From Rozella allomycis CSF55 (lineage: Eukaryota): a DNA stretch of 64,000 bases. A program made the position numbers and the translations under genes. Below are positions 34,234-46,478 of the stretch, in pieces. Position 1 is the stretch's first letter; each line of letters starts with the position of its first letter. The notes below the pieces were generated by a model. It searched no databases. It worked only from the letters and a program-made list of their open reading frames with translations, and was not told where the DNA came from. The stretch lies in the NCBI GenBank assembly GCA_000442015.1, contig KE561209.1:310001-374000 (forward strand), written 5' to 3'.

Positions 34234-35288
34234 TCTATAAATGGACCAAAATAATCAAACAAAAATAGACAATCACAAATTTATTACCATTATATACATG
34301 CCCTGTCTATATTGTATGCTCAGAAAATCAAAAACATGGTCATTATATCAACCTTGTCAATAGATTGAGCAATGAACGGTTCAATAAACAAAGGCGACAG
34401 ATACAGCATTACTGAAAATGACCAAACCCACCCCACAATCCCATTCAAGCCATTCTTGAATATTTTCATTTCGCCAAAAGTCAGTATCCCATTCAATACA
34501 AAAAACAATGTCATCCCACCAGAAAAAGATTCAGCAAATGGCATTATCATGAATTCATGCATCAACCCGCTGAAAAAGAAAGTTAGCATGTACAAGACAA
34601 ACTTCATGCTTCCTTCATTTTTGGATTTCAGTTTACTGCTGTTTGCCAATGGCCTGTATATCATTCTAAAAAAGCATTGCTGAACGTGCCTGTTCCAACG
34701 ATGGCCCCAAAAGTCTTTAAGGGATGTTGATTTCCATGGCCGATCGAACNTTGACGGGTAAACAAATCCCATTCTATAAATGGACCAAAATAATCAAACA
34801 AAAATAGACAATCACAAATTTATTACCATTATATACATGCCCTGTCTATATTGTATGCTCAGAAAATCAAAAACATGGTCATTATATCAACCTTGCCAAT
34901 CGATTGAGCAATGAACGGTTCAATAAACAAAGGCGACAGATACAGAATTACTGAAAATGTCCAAACCCACCCCACAATCCCATTCAAGCCCTTCTTGAAT
35001 ATTTTCATCTCGCCAAAAGTCAGTATCCCATTCAATACAAAAAACAATGTCATCCCACCAGAAAAAGATTCAGCAAATGGCATTATCATGAATTCATGCA
35101 TCAACCCGCTGAAAAAGAAAGTTAGCATGTACAAGACAAACTTCATGCTTCCTTCATTTTTGGATTTCAGTTTACTGCTGTTTGCCAATGGCCTGTATAT
35201 CATTCTAAAAAAGCATTGCTGAACGTGCCTGTTCCAACGATGGCCCCAAAAGTCTTTAAGGGATGTTGATTTCCATGGCCGACGGAAC
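34212..35288. repeat. About 540-bp direct duplication across contig join n34750; probably uncollapsed alleles
   Basis: 34212-34749 vs 34751-35288 differ by a few SNPs (KNGL/KKGL, SIDK/SIGK). Confidence 0.85.
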
Positions 35289-35965
35289 AATGCTCTGTAT
35301 GTTCCGTTAAAAATTATTGCAAAGATGGAAAAGATTGATTTGTGGATAATTGAAAGCAAAAAGTACAAATGGAAGAAGAAAATGATGCGAAAAGAAATCG
35401 AAGAGGGTGATAATGTAAAGTTTTTGATTTGGTATTGTGGATCCATATACAAGTAGAGCTTCGACATAATCTGCAGCAATACGAAATCCAAAGCGACATC
35501 TACCAGAAGCAAAATAAAGACTCTGATTTTAGAACCATTTGAATTCTTGAACACGAGTTTTTCTAGCCACTTTACACCCGCGCATTCAGCCAAATCAGTG
35601 CTGCTCAATTTCCCCTTTGAATTCCCGTCATTTCCAATTTCATCAAAATTTTCAATCAAAAGCAAGGATCTTGCATACTCGTTAATGGACATTGGCGGTC
35701 TGTGGGGATGAATGACAAACAGATCCCAGAAGCGCATTCCAAACACGATATACGACAGTGTGAGAAACCAGTTGTACGAGCACTGCACCATATCTGAAGC
35801 GTCGAGTTTCGTGGTTGCGAAATAGTAGAACCCCGCGGCGAGACACACCAGCGCGGTTGCCGATCGGGAGGTGGCGTTGTGGTTGAGTCCGCAGGGGATG
35901 TACAATGTGCCTAGAATTATGGTTACTGTGAGTATTGCGTGTAACAGGCCTTGGATCATTGTCAT
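34859..35965 (-). CDS. MBOAT_2 / wax-synthase-like membrane-bound O-acyltransferase
   Basis: FRRPWKSTSLKDFWGHRWN and FFFSGLMHE motifs, multiple TM helices; likely start MTMIQ at 35965. Confidence 0.88.
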   Translation of the reverse strand: MTMIQGLLHAILTVTIILGTLYIPCGLNHNATSRSATALVCLAAGFYYFATTKLDASDMVQCSYNWFLTLSYIVFGMRFWDLFVIHPHRPPMSINEYARSLLLIENFDEIGNDGNSKGKLSSTDLAECAGVKWLEKLVFKNSNGSKIRVFILLLVDVALDFVLLQIMSKLYLYMDPQYQIKNFTLSPSSISFRIIFFFHLYFLLSIIHKSIFSIFAIIFNGTYRALFRRPWKSTSLKDFWGHRWNRHVQQCFFRMIYRPLANSSKLKSKNEGSMKFVLYMLTFFFSGLMHEFMIMPFAESFSGGMTLFFVLNGILTFGEMKIFKKGLNGIVGWVWTFSVILYLSPLFIEPFIAQSIGKVDIMTMFLIF

Positions 35966-36005
35966 GCAAAGTTGTAAATTCCGAGAAATTGTTTGAAAAA
36001 TCGGG

Positions 36006-39000
36006 ATGACTTCAAGTCTGATCGTGTGTACGACAGGTGTGTCTCCAGTGGACAAGGTAAAGTTTGATGTTTGAGAAATAAAGGCTGAGATTAAACGCAA
36101 GTGTAGTGTGAAGGGGATCGAGTATACGACGGAACTAAACAGCCGCGTAACGCATTTGATTGCGAGTGCGTCGTGTTCGGCCAAGTATCGGGTAAATTCA
36201 TAGTGAGTGTTTGATAGTTTGCTGTGGAGCATGGGATACCGATTGTGACGTGTGAATGGCTGGATGCTGTTGTGAATGGAGGGTCTGTGAAGCAGGTAAG
36301 CGATGCTGTTTGTGGGTGATGAGGCGACGATAGATCACAAGTTTCCGTGTTTTAAGGGGTGTTTGATTAGTATATCTGGGCCTATATTTGACAAGAGGGA
36401 GCGGGGTGTGTTGAAGGAGCTGATTGAGGGGCATGGCGGGGTGTATACGCCTGATTTGAAAAAGGACTGTACGCATTTGGTTACGTGTACGACTGAGGGA
36501 CTAAAGTACCAGTTTGCGAAAAAGTGGCGGATCAAGACGGTTGATAGACGGTGGGTGAGTGAAAGTGTGGCGAAGGGGGTGTTGTTGGAAGCTGAGATGT
36601 TTCCTATTGTTGAGGAGGGAGGGTGTGGATTTAAGATTGAGGATGTTGAGATTAATGAGAATAGTGAATCGTTTTTGGAGGGTTGTAAGATATATTTGAC
36701 GGACAGTTTTGATGATAAAGAGGTTTTGATATTGAAGAGATTGATACTGAGTGCGTGTGGATTGAGAATGCAAGAGTTTTCGTCTGGTGTGACGCATGTG
36801 ATTAATAAGACGAATAATTTGAATTTGAAAACCAAAGAGATGATTGATTTGAATGAGAATAGTGCGATTGTTTTGAATGTGAAGTGGTTGGTTGAGTCTT
36901 ATAAGCAGCAGAGGATGCTTTCGTATTCAAGTTTTATTGTGAGTGATGCTGTGCAGAAACTGCAGCGACAGTCATCAGTTTTGATTCAAGATTCAATTTG
37001 GCTTCAATCGTCGAATAAAGTTGAAAATAGATTTGGAGAAAAGATTAATAAAAAAGTTGGATTCTTTTCTGGATGTTCATTTAAAGTTTTGTGTAATCAA
37101 GTAAGAAAATAGATTGAATGATTTTTAAGAAGATTAATTTAGAGAAATCAATTATAGAAAATGGGGGAATTATTGAAGAAACAAATCCAAAATATTTCAT
37201 TGTAGATTTAGATCAAAGTGATGAAGAGAGCAATTCACTAGTTTCAGAAACATTTTCTAATGGAGCTTCAACTTCCACTTTAATGGTGACAACGTTGTGG
37301 GTTAATAGATGTATATTTGAACAAAGATNTAGATGTTTATTTGAACAAAGATTAATAAATATAAATGAATGCGACTATTTCAAACCATTGAGATTTAAGA
37401 TTGAGTTTGAATATAAAGTTTGTGTGACAGGGTTTGAAGATAAAGAATATTTAAGAGAAGATTTGAAAAAGATTGTAAATTATTTTGGGGGTGAATTTCT
37501 TTCTTCTTTTTCTAAAAAATGTTCAATTTTAATTTGTGAAAAACCAAAAGGAATGAAATTTGAAAAAGCTAAAAGTTGGGAAATTCCTTGCGTTAAATTT
37601 GATTGGATTTTGAAAATTATTAAATTAAAGAAAATTATTCCATTTAATGAATTTTTATTCAATGGTGAAGCAATGGGGGAAGTAATGGGGGAATTAATGG
37701 GAGATAATAATGGAGTGAATAAAGACAATGGAGTGAGTAGAGATGATAGAGATGATAGGGTTAACTTGTTTAATACAGATAATTACATTAACTTGAATAA
37801 ATTGAATGACGTTAAAGACGTTAACAGTGTTCAACAGAGTGATGTTAAGAGCTTTAAATCTGTTAACCCCTTTGAGACACCATTTGAATTCTCTAATTCT
37901 AATAATGGAATATTTTCGCCTATCAATTCAAGTTTGAATCAAATGGTTAAAATAAATAATTTGAAATCTCCACTCTCTTCTAAACAAAATAATTCTTCAC
38001 AATCTAATTTAATTCTTCCATCATTTGATTCTTCTTTAATAAATGAAAATGAAATATTAAAAGATTGTATTATTTATGTTAGTCACAGATTGTTTCACAG
38101 ACGTCAAGAATTATCAAATTTAGCTTTAAAATGTGGCGCCAAATTTCTTTGGTCTTTTGAAAATGACGTCACTCACTTCATCCATCAAGGAAATAGAATT
38201 CACGAATCTTTCAAAGAATTCAAATTAGCTCAACAAAAGAAAATGTTCATTGTTTCTCCTTGGTGGTTATTCAACGTAAATTAATTCTTCATCTATCATT
38301 CTAGTCTGCTCAAAGTTGTACACGTCTAGATGAATCAAACTTTCCTCACATTTTTCATCCAAATAAACCAAGATTAGTATTCACTCCACAATCTTTAACT
38401 TGTTCTCAAAATGTTGATTTCATTTACAAAACTTTTGAATCCAAAAACAACAAAAGAGATTTTAGAGAGAGTAAAGGTGCAATAGGAGAAGATAAAGAGA
38501 GTAAAGGTGCATTGAAAGAGAGTACAAAAGAGACAAAATTTGAAAGCTTCAAACATTTTGATAGTAAAGATTTCAACCAATTGGCTACCCCAGTGAAAGA
38601 TGACGTTACTGATGCATTAGAACAAATTCTTTTAACAACTTCAAAATTCAAAGGAAAGAAGAGAGAAAGAGAAAATTTTAATGATTCAAATGATTCAAGA
38701 CAATCTCTCTCTAAATCAGAAAGCATTTCTAGCCCCATTAANAACATTCTCTCTCTAAATCAGAAAGCATTTCTAGCCCCATTAAATCAAACAAAGTCAC
38801 AGTCAGCTATGACGATAAAGTTTTATCTTTAATTGAAAAAGAAAAATCAATTCAAATTAAGAAATCTGATAATGATTTATTCAACATTGACATTGATTTA
38901 CTCTCTGAATTGGAAAATCTATCAAAGGCGAATTGTTCAAAGTCAAATTGTTCAAATATAAATCTATCAAATTCCAATATAAATCAAATTGAAACACACT

Positions 39001-39753
39001 CATCTNCACACTCTTCTTCTCCAATAAAATCTAAAAAGAGAAAAAGCAAAATAAATTTAGATTCTTCATTCAATTCAAGCGAACCCAAACAAACTAAGAA
39101 AGTTTTCATCCTCTCATCAATAGAACACAAACTACGCCAAAAATTTACAAAAATTATAGAAAAACTTGGCGGCAAAATAATCGATGCTCCTCATTGGCAT
39201 CCCTCATGCACCCATCTAGTAGCGTCAAATTTAATGCGAACAGAAAAATTCTTATCAGCCTGCGCTGTAGGCGCTTGGATCCTGCATCCAGATTATTTCT
39301 CTGCATGCCAATCACAAAATGCATTTGTTGATGAAGAAAAGTATGAATGGAGCGCTATTTGGAGTCCCAAAATTTCATCGCTTGTTAATGCGCCTAAATA
39401 TTGTCGGCTGATGAACAAGTCTAGAAAAGGTAATATAAATTATTCATAGAAATTAAAGTTTATGAGAATTGGAATGTTTTGCTGTTGATTGATGAAAAGA
39501 GACTGGGTGGGTTTAAAAGATTAATTGAATTGGGCGGCGGGTATGTGTCTACTAGTGAAGATTCGTCATCAGTAAGTATTTTTAGTTTGGAAAATAGTTT
39601 ACTCATGTAATTACGGATACAAACTCTGCATCGGCACTTCGAATTGATGCGTTCAAGTCTAGATATCCAAATGCTGTCATTGCTAAAACTGATTACATTT
39701 CTGAATTTTTGATTAATGGAGATTCTTTTGATCCCTCTTACTTTATACTATAA
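36006..39753 (+). CDS. TOPBP1: Multi-BRCT replication/checkpoint scaffold TOPBP1 / Dpb11 / Rad4-Cut5
   Basis: Many BRCT repeats (VTHLI, CTHLV..KYQFAKKW, KFEKAKSWEIPCV, RTEKFLSACAVGAWILHPDY); introns 36057-36083, 36192-36217, 36296-36323 and others; three n joins inside. Confidence 0.85.
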
Positions 39754-40107
39754 ATAAAGCATTTTTATTAAGCGGTAAAACTGTTCAGAAGCCCATCTTT
39801 CCATTTCTTAATTAAAAATTAATGGTTTCGTGAAAACAAAGATACATAATATCACCCATAACACGACATAGATTGTTATTGTTTGTATAAATCCTTGTTT
39901 ATTTTTTAACACTACGCGTACCGTGAGGGAAAGTTGAAAAGAACTTTGAAAAGAGAGTTAAAAGTACGTGAAATTGCTAAAGGGGAAACGTTGGAAACCA
40001 GTATTGGTCATTAGAAATCAATCTCTGTGGTATTCTATGTCATATATATTTTTTTCGGATGAAATTTCCTTTTTCAATCAACATCACCACCGTCAAAAAA
40101 ACCAAGN

Positions 40108-42728
40108 GCGAGTGTTTAACAGCAAAAACGTGTGTGAAGCGACGATAACTGATAAGCAATTGAAGCGGGGGATAGAGAAATGCTGTGTATCGAGGATAGA
40201 TGGGAGGATGAAGGTTGTTGGATGGGACGGCCGTGAAGTGTTTGTGTATGATGTGAGGAGACGGTGTGTTGAGGTGTGTGTGGGCCGGGAGGGAGTTGTT
40301 GAGATTGTTGGTGTCAAGGTAAGAGATTTGTTTGGGGTGGGTAGGATGGATATGTGTTGGTGGATGGGAGTGGGCTTGAGATGTGTTTGGTTGAGAATGG
40401 GGAGTGGGTTGTTTTTAGGAGGGAGGAGGAGGATATTGTTGGTGTTGGGGTGAGTGGGAGTGTGTTGAGTGTTGTGAAGGAGAATGGCGATGTTGTTGTG
40501 TTTGAGGTTGATGAGGAGTTGATTGTGGAGAGAGGGAGGGTGAGTGTTGGGTGTTTTGGTAAGATTGTTTGGTTGAGATGAAAAGTTAAAAGAGCGGAGA
40601 GTGTGAAGAGTGAAGATGGGGTTTATATTGCAGCTGTTTGTGAAGGGTAATTTGTGTTGGTTTTTATCAAGTAGAAAAGTTTGTTTCTTTTTGGGAGAAG
40701 AAAAGATTGGAGAGTTTGGGATAAATAATAAAGAGTGTGAAGAATTTATGTGTTTTTGTAAACGTAAGGGGATATTTGAGGGGTGTTGTAGAGATTGATA
40801 GTTTTATAGTTAAAATATTTGTTAATAAATATAAAAGAGAAGAATTTCATGGGATTTCAATTCATTCATTTGTTTTGGAAAAGGAAAAGGTTGGAGTAGA
40901 GAGAACAGAAGAGTTTTCAACGTTTGATGAAGAGAGGGCAATTTTGGGGGTTGGATCTAAATATGGATCTAATGAAATAATTGTAATTTTTGAAGATAAA
41001 ATAAGTTTATATAAATCACATTCGTATTTACCAAATGTAGAAAAGAAAGTTTATGAAATTTTGGATTTGATAGATTTTAAGAAATGTCCATTTAATGAAG
41101 AGTTTAATTTGAAGATTAAAGAGAATAAAAGAGATGAATTGTTTATTGAGATTTTGTTGAAAGAAATGAAGAAAGAATTTCCACCAAAAAATGAAGATGA
41201 ATGTGAGAATTTGTTTTTATTAATTTTGAATAGTTTAAAATCTGAAAATGAAAAATTAGAAATTCTTTTTTATTTTTTGAATTTCTTTGATGAAAATTTA
41301 GCAGAAAAATTTGCAATGAAGAATGGATTTGAAAATAAAAGATTGATTAAAGGATTGTTTTATTTGGATCAGAATGAGATTGAATTGGCTACTGAAGAAT
41401 TAATTAAATGTTCAGAATTTAAATTTTCAAATAAAATTTTAGAAAAATTTATAAAAGAAAATAGATTTGACCAGGGTTATAGATTGTTGATCTGTGGCTT
41501 AGTTCCAAATGAAGATGAAAAAACTTTTGAATTAAAATTAGAAATTTTGATGCGAGTGAATTTTTTTGAATCTTTTTGTTTCCAAAGAATGAAGAGTGGC
41601 TTATTTCTAAAATTTATTGAATTTGGATTAGAAAACAAAATGAAAGAATTAAATTTTATTCCATTTGATTCATTTGAACAAGGCCAATTAATTAATTTTT
41701 GTTCTTCTTCTTCAAATCCAAAAGTTCATGAATTTCTTTTTAATTATTTTATTAACAAGAATCAATTCATTGAAGCAATCCAATTTTATAATGCAAGACC
41801 CTTGTTGAATAAAGTTAAAATTGTTGAAGAAATTAAATCTATTATTCCAGAATGTCAAAAGTATTTATTAAATGAAAAATTGTTTAATGAAAAGGTTGAA
41901 GATTTAAATCAAGAAATTGTTCATACTTCATCTTTTCAATCTATAGATTTGGATTTATTATCCCCTGTAAAAGTAACCAAAACTTTAAAAATGAATTTGA
42001 AAGTTTTAAAGGTTATGGAAGGGGATTCTCTAAGTAGTTTGAAGGGTGATTCTTTAAGTAGTTTGAAGGGCGATAGTTTGAAAGTAGAATTAAATAATTC
42101 ATTTAATTCTGTAGCCGTTAATTCTCCAGTTAGAACGTCTAGTTTAACACCAATCAAATCACCAATTCTTTCACCTTCAAGTGTTTTAAAATCAACTTCT
42201 GGTGAAACTAATTTAAATCTTCCAATTACTTCTCCATTAAAACAATATTATCTTAGACAATCACCTCAAACAGTTCAAATTCCTTCAAGACCTAAAATTC
42301 CAATTCCTGATGAAATTCTTTCAAAAAAGAGAAGAACTTCTAAACTATCAATCGTCTCTTTTCCTGATGATGAAGAATCTTTAAAATCTACAAGAAAGAA
42401 ATTTCAATCTCTAAAAGTTCAAGAAATTACCCCTGTAAGAAGATCTCCAAGATTTTCAAGGCAGAAAATTTCTTTAAATGAAAAAGATTTAGAAAGCAAG
42501 AGCAAACTTTCTTTTAATACTATGGAACAAAATAACAAATCAAATAATGTTGAAAATAAGAGCAAATTGTCTTCTAATACTATTCAGTCTACTGTTAGTG
42601 GTGTTTGGTCCATCAAACATAAAAGTGATGATGATGTTTCAAAGAATAAACGTACATCCCCAAGGATTAGAAATGTTAATCCTAAAACTACTTCAAGGCC
42701 ACCAAGAAAGGATAGATCAAAGAAATAA
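40108..42728 (+). CDS. ELYS/Ely5-like nucleoporin; 5' end uncertain at n40107
   Basis: Beta-rich N-terminus, ELYS-type helical region (LEILFYFL...IKGLFYLDQNEIELATEEL), S/T-P and basic C-terminal tail. Confidence 0.6.
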
Positions 42729-42754
42729 ACGTCTTCAATTTTTAATGATATTTT

Positions 42755-43150
42755 TTATTGTGTTACCTCTGAAAGTGGCATCTGTGATAAAGGCTGTGGA
42801 GACCTATTCTGGACGGGATAGCACATTCCCATATACGTTATTTGACTAAGACGTTTGCAAACCTGGCAGTTATAAGCTACCCCATTCCTATACACCACCT
42901 CCTTGCTGCATTTAATCGCATAGTCTTTTATAGAATCCTTGACAGTCTTTTCATCCCTTCCCTCATTCTCCTCGTGATGTCCATGTGCATGTGGGGGATG
43001 GACATGCATCTCTTCGTGTTCAACAACATGCTCATTTGGGAGTTTAAACTGATTGTGCTTATATTGAACAGCGAAATTTTCTATAATAGGCTCCAATGGT
43101 TTAGACATCGCTGTAGCTGCAAGAAAGAGGAATAGTGCGGTCTTTGTCAT
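42755..43150 (-). CDS. Small secreted protein with His-rich linker and 4-Cys C-terminal module
   Basis: MTKTALFLFLAATAMS|KP; HVHPPHAHGHH; CSKE...NCQVCKR...GMCYP. Confidence 0.7.
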   Translation of the reverse strand: MTKTALFLFLAATAMSKPLEPIIENFAVQYKHNQFKLPNEHVVEHEEMHVHPPHAHGHHEENEGRDEKTVKDSIKDYAIKCSKEVVYRNGVAYNCQVCKRLSQITYMGMCYPVQNRSPQPLSQMPLSEVTQ

Positions 43151-43320
43151 ATGAAACGAATGAAACAGGGGAAATCTATTTTAATCCCTTAAAAGAATCA
43201 AATCCATATATTAACTCGAATGAAATTTTCTTGTCCAATATCTTCTTATTTCAATCCACTCTATTTTAATCCACCTAAAATCTTTCTATTTTAATCCACC
43301 ACAAATCCGAATTTTACAAA

Positions 43321-44822
43321 ATGGCAAAAACTGAACACAACGTCAACCAAGCAATTCTCAAGAAAATCTACGATATCTACAACAGTCCCCAAAACCCTCT
43401 CAGTAACAAACACCCGCAATTCACACCAGGCCTAAACGCAATTTCTCAAAAGGTCAATATCAAAATATCAGCACCACGCAAGAAGGCTCTCATAATGCTG
43501 CTCGGAAACCACTCGGCGGGAAAAAGCTCCTTTATCAACTGGTACCACACACACAGACTCCATTTCATAAAGGTACACCGAGGACGCCATCCAGCGAACC
43601 TCCGTAGCTATTGAAACCCAGGGATTCGTATTCGTCACCAGCGGCAAGGCAAGGAAGACTTTGAAGGGGCCGGCGACTGTTGAGCTGTATCCGCATCTCG
43701 CGCCGATGGCTGCAATGCCCGGCGTGCTCGAGAATATGGCCACCGAGGTGTCGGAATCGAGGGCGAGGAAATTTGAAATGATGCATTTTGTGGATACTCC
43801 GGGGCTGGTCGATGGCGATATGAATGTAAGGGGTCGTCGCTCGTTTTTATAGTATCCGTTTGATCCTGATCAGGTTTTGAATTTTCTGGCGGAGGAAGCG
43901 CACTTGATTCTCGGTATGTTAGTTGCTATGCTTGAATAGTTTTCTTTGATCCTATTGGCCAGGCACTGTGCAGAAGGACGATGAATATTGTTGAAAAGCT
44001 GCATGACGTTCATGGAGACAAGATGAGGTATTATTTGTCGAAAGCTGATACTGTGCCGGATGAGTCTGATAGGCAAAGAGTTTTGATCCAAATTACGCAG
44101 AATTTGACTGCTAGATTGAAAAATAAACAATTTGAATTGCCGCCAATTTTTATCCCGACTTTGACGGACAAGGAGAGTAACTTTTTGAATGATAGGAGAA
44201 CAAAGGCAGTGTTAAGAATCACATTGATGGTGTTTGCAACGATATTGAAAAGGTTATCAATCTTAATGTCCAAAACACATTAAACTCTTTTGAAAATGAT
44301 ACAGTTAATCTACTGGCCAAAATTACAGAGTAAGGATGATTGTTAACTATTAATGAAATTTAAACCAAAATGAAAAGATTAAAAAGCAAAATTCTTCAGC
44401 TCGAAAGAGAGGTTTCTTGTTGTTCCTAGTTTCATTAATCTTTCCGGCATTTGTTATCGCGCATGCTGGTTATGACTTGATTCTACCATTCATTCCTAAA
44501 GAAGCGTTATTCTATACAAATTTTATCAATGTGAAAATGACTAGACTAATTCCAGGTAACTCGATCGTAAATTGTTGAAAGAATATGACATGCCACAGAT
44601 TGGAATCACGGTGGCGGTTTCTTTTCTGTTCTTTGCTATCTCTAATTATGTTTGGGATATAAAACCTACACTGAGCAGAAAAGATGTTAATTATCTCAAA
44701 GAAGCCCATCGATATTTAAGCCAGGAAGCCACAAAGTTAAGGAGGAGTAATTGATATTTTGTTCAATCATAGATCTTTACGAAGAATATTTTAGGCAATC
44801 TATAGAAAATGAAACACTTTAA
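43321..44822 (+). CDS. EHD/sarcalumenin/dynamin-like P-loop GTPase with C-terminal TM helices, multi-exon
   Basis: LLGNHSAGKSSFINW, FVDTPG, FFDP, YLSKAD; hydrophobic segments near 44410-44480 and 44600-44650. Confidence 0.8.
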
Positions 44823-44830
44823 TAAAATTT

Positions 44831-45856
44831 TTATTTAGGATGCAGCATGTTATGAACCAAAGTATACAAAATCAAGGAATAAAGATCCAGCTTTGTTTTG
44901 AGGGTTAATAATAGGGCCTGGCAAAGTACTGCTTTAACAATTTGCGCATTTAACCCCTAATGGAAGATATAGATTTATCTTTACTTTAAACAAGCCTCTG
45001 AATCCTTCAGATTTATAGACTTTTCTCATTACATCAATCGCACCTTTATATTGCAAATTCTCATTGTTTTCTTCGCACTTCCATTGTAGTCGGACTTTAG
45101 ACATGATGTATGGATAAGTTAAAATTGTCGCCAAAGTCTTTGAGATTGCACCCATCCAAAAAATAAGAAGAGCGTTTGGAGACTTTTTGAATCTTTCCAT
45201 GTACCAATGCTTGAGTTTCTCAAAAATTGCGTATGTAATGGATGGATTAATTACGAGTATTAGGGATGGTTTCAAACCTTTCCACAAGCCTGTAATGCCA
45301 TCTTCATTCAAAACGTCAATCATGGTTTGGTGAAAATCTTTCGCGGGTCGTGTAGTCTGTTGCCTTGTAGCAATAACACTCTTTATAAACGCCTTCAATA
45401 GGTTTACAACTGGTATAGTAAATAGCTGCCCTAGTGCAGCAGCGTGAGCACCTAATAGTAGTTCCCACAATGTCCCCATTTTGTCTTTCCCATAATCTGA
45501 CTAAACAAAAGTTTGAATTCTACGCATTGCATATCTCTTTTCGTAAGCAGGCCGGAGCAGCCCGTAAAAATAAAAGTATGAAAATTGGCTGGATGCAGTG
45601 CTAATCCAATTGGCACCCAAACCATTCCAGTATAAACCTTGTATTCCTTCCTCTTTATATATTTGTTTTAATGCGTCTATCGTGCCTTTATATTTCGTAG
45701 ATTTCGCAGATTCTTTGTTTTGCACCTGCAGCCTTGTTTTCGCCCTATTAGTTTGTAAATGATCATTTACACGTCTAAGGGATAAACTAATGTATTGGAA
45801 ATTATTGCCCCGAGAGCTCCGGATATTGCATTTGCAAAGGGTGGCAAATTTGTCAT
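44831..45856 (-). CDS. Mitochondrial-carrier-family protein, peroxisomal adenine nucleotide transporter (ANT1/PMP34)-like, multi-exon
   Basis: MTNLPPFANAISGALG...VYPLD|xAKTRLQVQ, FSYFYFY, GLWKGLKPSLILVINPSITY, LTYPYIMSKVRLQ. Confidence 0.85.
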
Positions 45857-46478
45857 TATTTGCAGAATGGCACAAATTGACAAATCGCAAATTTCTGTTT
45901 TTCATCTCAGTCATGATTATACAAACTTTGGCATTTCAATAGATTGTTAGTATTTGCATGNATGGAAATTGTGATTTCTTTTAAAATTAAATAGAGATAT
46001 CTGATCTATTTCATTTTACCGCTTTCCTCTATCGCACGTGACCTTTGTCGCTCCATGCGCTCATAGAATCTTAATCCTCGTAAATTGGATAATAAATCGT
46101 AAGATAAATAGTAAAAACCGAGGTCGATTGAGAATGGATTATCCTCCGTTNATACTAAGAGCCAAACAACAACGTATAATTATTCAAAATAAAAAATACC
46201 ACTCATATTAGTTGGCATCACGGAAGGTTTAATTTCTATTCTATTCTTGACAGCCGCCAATTACCATGGCAACTCCGCTTTTAGTATTACAGATAGAGAT
46301 ATCTGATCTATTTCATTTTACCGCNNNNNNNNNNNNNNNNNNNNNNNNNNNNNNNNNNNNNNNNNNNNNNNNNNNNNNNNNNNNNNNNNNNNNNNNNNNN
46401 NNNNNNNNNNNNNNNNNNNNNNNNNNNNNNNNNNNNNNNNNNNNNNNNNNTTCAAGGAAATTTACTAAATATTTTTTA

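Noticed and set aside
34320-34772. Chimeric TLC-MBOAT ORF or tandem MBOAT duplicate
   Set aside because: Created by the duplicated contig end at n34750.
35966-36232. N-terminal extension of the MBOAT ORF overlapping TOPBP1
   Set aside because: This stretch encodes the first BRCT exons of TOPBP1 on the + strand; MTMIQ at 35965 is a more plausible start.
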